This document shows, piece after piece, positions 61,282 to 64,000 of a stretch of DNA of 64,000 bases. The notes under the pieces were generated by a model that ran no database searches, was not told where the DNA came from, and worked only from the letters and a program-made list of their open reading frames with translations. Source of the stretch: Atractiella rhizophila (Eukaryota); assembly GCA_021432655.1 (NCBI GenBank), contig MU271291.1, positions 1 through 64,000 on the forward strand, written 5' to 3'. Position numbers and translations under genes: made by a program. Position 1 is the first letter of the stretch; every line of letters begins with the position of its first letter.

Positions 61282-64000
61282 TTATTCTTCTCGACTGAAC
61301 TTTTTCAAGAAATGGAAGAAGTTTATCTGAGAGGCTGACGGTCCGTACTCATATATGTAGCTGCAAAATTGGGGTAAGCATATTGGCAGACGCCGATGAG
61401 AGCACATACCGAGATGCTACATAGCTCGAGAAGAGGGAGCGTTGATAAACCAAGGGCAACCGCTTCATGAGGACGTCCAATCCAATCTCGTTAATGAGCA
61501 ATTTGGGCAACGCCCGTTTTAAAACATTTTTCTTCACCACCTCATCATCGAACAAGTCAGAATCTTCGAGAGCGCTTTGAAGATCTATCAAAGTCCTTCC
61601 AATCTCATCCGTGAGATTGGCACGCGGTTTTTGACCATTTTTGCTCGCTTTCCAGATACAGTCAAACTAGAAAACAATCAGTCACCCAAAACTGGTTTAT
61701 CATGATCGAACCTCAGCAGCGGCATTGCGAGTAATGGTCTCTTGGATGGCGCGAACATAACCCTATTCAATTTCAGGACTGAGTGGCGCGCTTGGACTGA
61801 AATTCTCACAATGTAAAACTCAGAGAATCCAGCACCGTCGAGAGCTGTCATCTGTTCACAGCGAGTCAGACCAGCAGAGGGAAAAGGAAAGGGGTTTCAC
61901 CATCTCAATGTATTCTTCATCGTTCAAAGCAAGACCGACCAAGACCTCCAAGGAGCTCGACGTGACACCTCCCTGCACAATCAATCTGAGAACATGCATA
62001 GTGCGCGATGGAGTAAAAATGGCAGACCTTGTTGGCGCTGGCATCCTTAAACAGAATGACACCTCGTTTTTCCAACTCCAACCTTGCAGCCTGGGTGATA
62101 AAAAGATTGGCTCCTTCGACAATGAACCTGATCTCTCTCTATCAGCACTGGAGTCGAGGCACGCAGAGAATAGAGACGCACTTGAACTTGAGCTGTCCTT
62201 CAGCATCCCACAGCTGATTGACATTCGTGATGGACACAGCTTCCGGCCTATCATGCCAACCTCATTTGGCTGCTTCAGTGGGACGAAACAACTCACCTGC
62301 CACCACAAGGCACAAACATATCAGCCTTATATCTGAAGTGGGCAAGGTTTCTGAAAACAGTTCCGTCCGGAACGAGCTCTCCAGCTGCATGCGCTCCTCA
62401 GTCTGGTCACTAGCATGAACGGAAAAACAGCGTACAAGGAAGGGTGACATCAACGTCATCAACAAGAACAAGGTAGCCCCCTGGTCCAAGTTTGGACTTG
62501 TCAAAATTCTGGACCATTTGGCGAGCTTTTGCAAGACGCTCAAGTTCCGCTGAGCCCTCCATTTAGTTGAGATACTAGCACGAAAGAAGCACCCTACCGC
62601 GATTGAGACCATTAGGATCATGGGCAACACCAGAACCGTCAATTATAGCAATTGTCTTGTCCTTGCTCAGGAGAATCTCGTCTGTCCATCACACGGTCAG
62701 CAAAAGCACCACGACAAGCAGCACCACATACTCGAACCGAGATCTCCGTCTGGCCCACTTCACAACAACTCAGTTTATCTTCAACGTATGGAGGATCTCA
62801 CATACCCGGTCTGAACCTTTGTAATGTCTTCTTCCTTCAGGCCCATTTCTCTGTAAATTCCGGTTGTGTACTGTCTGATGGAAAGGGATGTACATCCGAA
62901 GAGATCGTGTGGCTATCCCACACATTCAGACTCGATTGTTCCGATATCAAGACCACATCTACTCACCACACCACCAAGAGTCTCTGCCGTCTTTCCGGTT
63001 GCTGCAAACGGAAATTAGCGCACTGAGCTAGTGCAGGAAGGATGACATACTGAAAGACTTCCACCAGCTCGCACCACGATCTCTTGCGTGAGTAGCAGCC
63101 CAATCCATAAAATCAGCCGTTCCTTCATCAGGTCCGAAGAAAAGCTGTCATCGCAGGATTAGCAGTGGTAAATAGTCGGGAATAAAAGATAGAAGTACAA
63201 TTTCCTCCTTGTTGTACAGATCGACAATGGCTTCCTTGATACCCGGAGAGTTGCCCTTCAGGAGGAGATCCAGAATTGAGTCGACATATTTCTCAAAGCA
63301 CAATCTCGGAGTAGCATCAAGATCAGGGAGGATTGTGCCCTTGCTGCCACCTTCTGGGATATCCTTATTCTTCAACGCTTGAGTGGAGGCCAAAGAGTAG
63401 TTCTCGTCGAACAAATTCCTTTGATTGATGGAATACGTCTCCGTGTTCCTACTCCTCACGATCCTGATCCCACCTCTCGCCACGTCCTTGAACCTCAAAT
63501 GGAAGCCTCTAAAGTCCGATCCAACCACAAAGAAGAGACCAAACGGAGTGATGGGGTACTCCTCAGTGGGAAGGAAGGAACAGTCAAGTCTGAACGAGAG
63601 TGCGACTTTGGTGGGCGTGTAGAAGTTAGTTTTGAGAACTGCAGAGTTGAAGACGAGGAAGGACTGGAGGACCGCAATGTGGTGCTTATTCGTCGTGAGC
63701 CTTTGAATGCGGGTCGACAGTTCCTCCGCCGTCAAATAATCGACCGTCTTCAGTCGCTGGTATGACAAGGTAGGGCTATGGAAGATTGGTCAAGCTTGAT
63801 CCAGTCTCAGAAACGCATGAAACGTACATGAGCTGAGGAGAAGCGGAGGCAGTATGATGAGTGACTGCAAAGTTAACATAAAGCAGTCTGATCATGTCTG
63901 GATAAGTATGCAAGACCTATTCGTATCCAAGGATCAGCGCCATTCCATTTTCTCCATCAGGAATGGCCTACCTCCAAGATACTCTGTCTCGTGTAAGTCT
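61282..64000 (-). CDS. GDH2: NAD-specific glutamate dehydrogenase (large Gdh2 type); 5' part outside the window
   Basis: LKTNFYTPTKVALSFRLD, FRGFHLRFKDVARGGIRIV, KNKDIPEGGSKG, FFGPDEGTAD, GPDGDLGSNEILL and GGVTSSSLEVL. Confidence 0.95.

Overview
This is a gene-dense eukaryotic window from a fungus, most likely a basidiomycete. The inference rests on many ~45-60 nt GT-AG introns, microexons, Zn2Cys6 factors and short intergenic spacers. It carries about 25 intron-rich housekeeping or accessory genes: two head-to-head RAE1/GLE2 paralogues, an SDR, TFIIS, a HINT3-like HIT protein, a Gfd2/QIP-like DEDD nuclease, two paralogous Zn2Cys6 transcription factors, RTA1, an F-box protein, a PTS1-bearing citrate synthase, a CDF zinc transporter, DNAJC8/Spf31, RMI1, SMARCD/Snf12, EMC4, a TAP-like hydrolase, CDC23, a Mid2-like sensor, a DAGK-like kinase, ketopantoate reductase, a BBE-like FAD oxidase, a small Gon7-like ORF, a greatly expanded Bot1/mS45 and NAD-GDH. 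There is also one atypical tRNA-Asp. Three tandem 'duplications' (1-2405, 27175-33406, 55411-58264) look like uncollapsed divergent haplotypes rather than real duplications. I see no CRISPR array, intact transposon or biosynthetic cluster. The most intriguing unexplained signal is an oversized TFIIS intron with two long sense-strand hairpins and a competing internal 5' splice site. Exon boundaries were read by eye, so gene spans are approximate, and no database searches were run.
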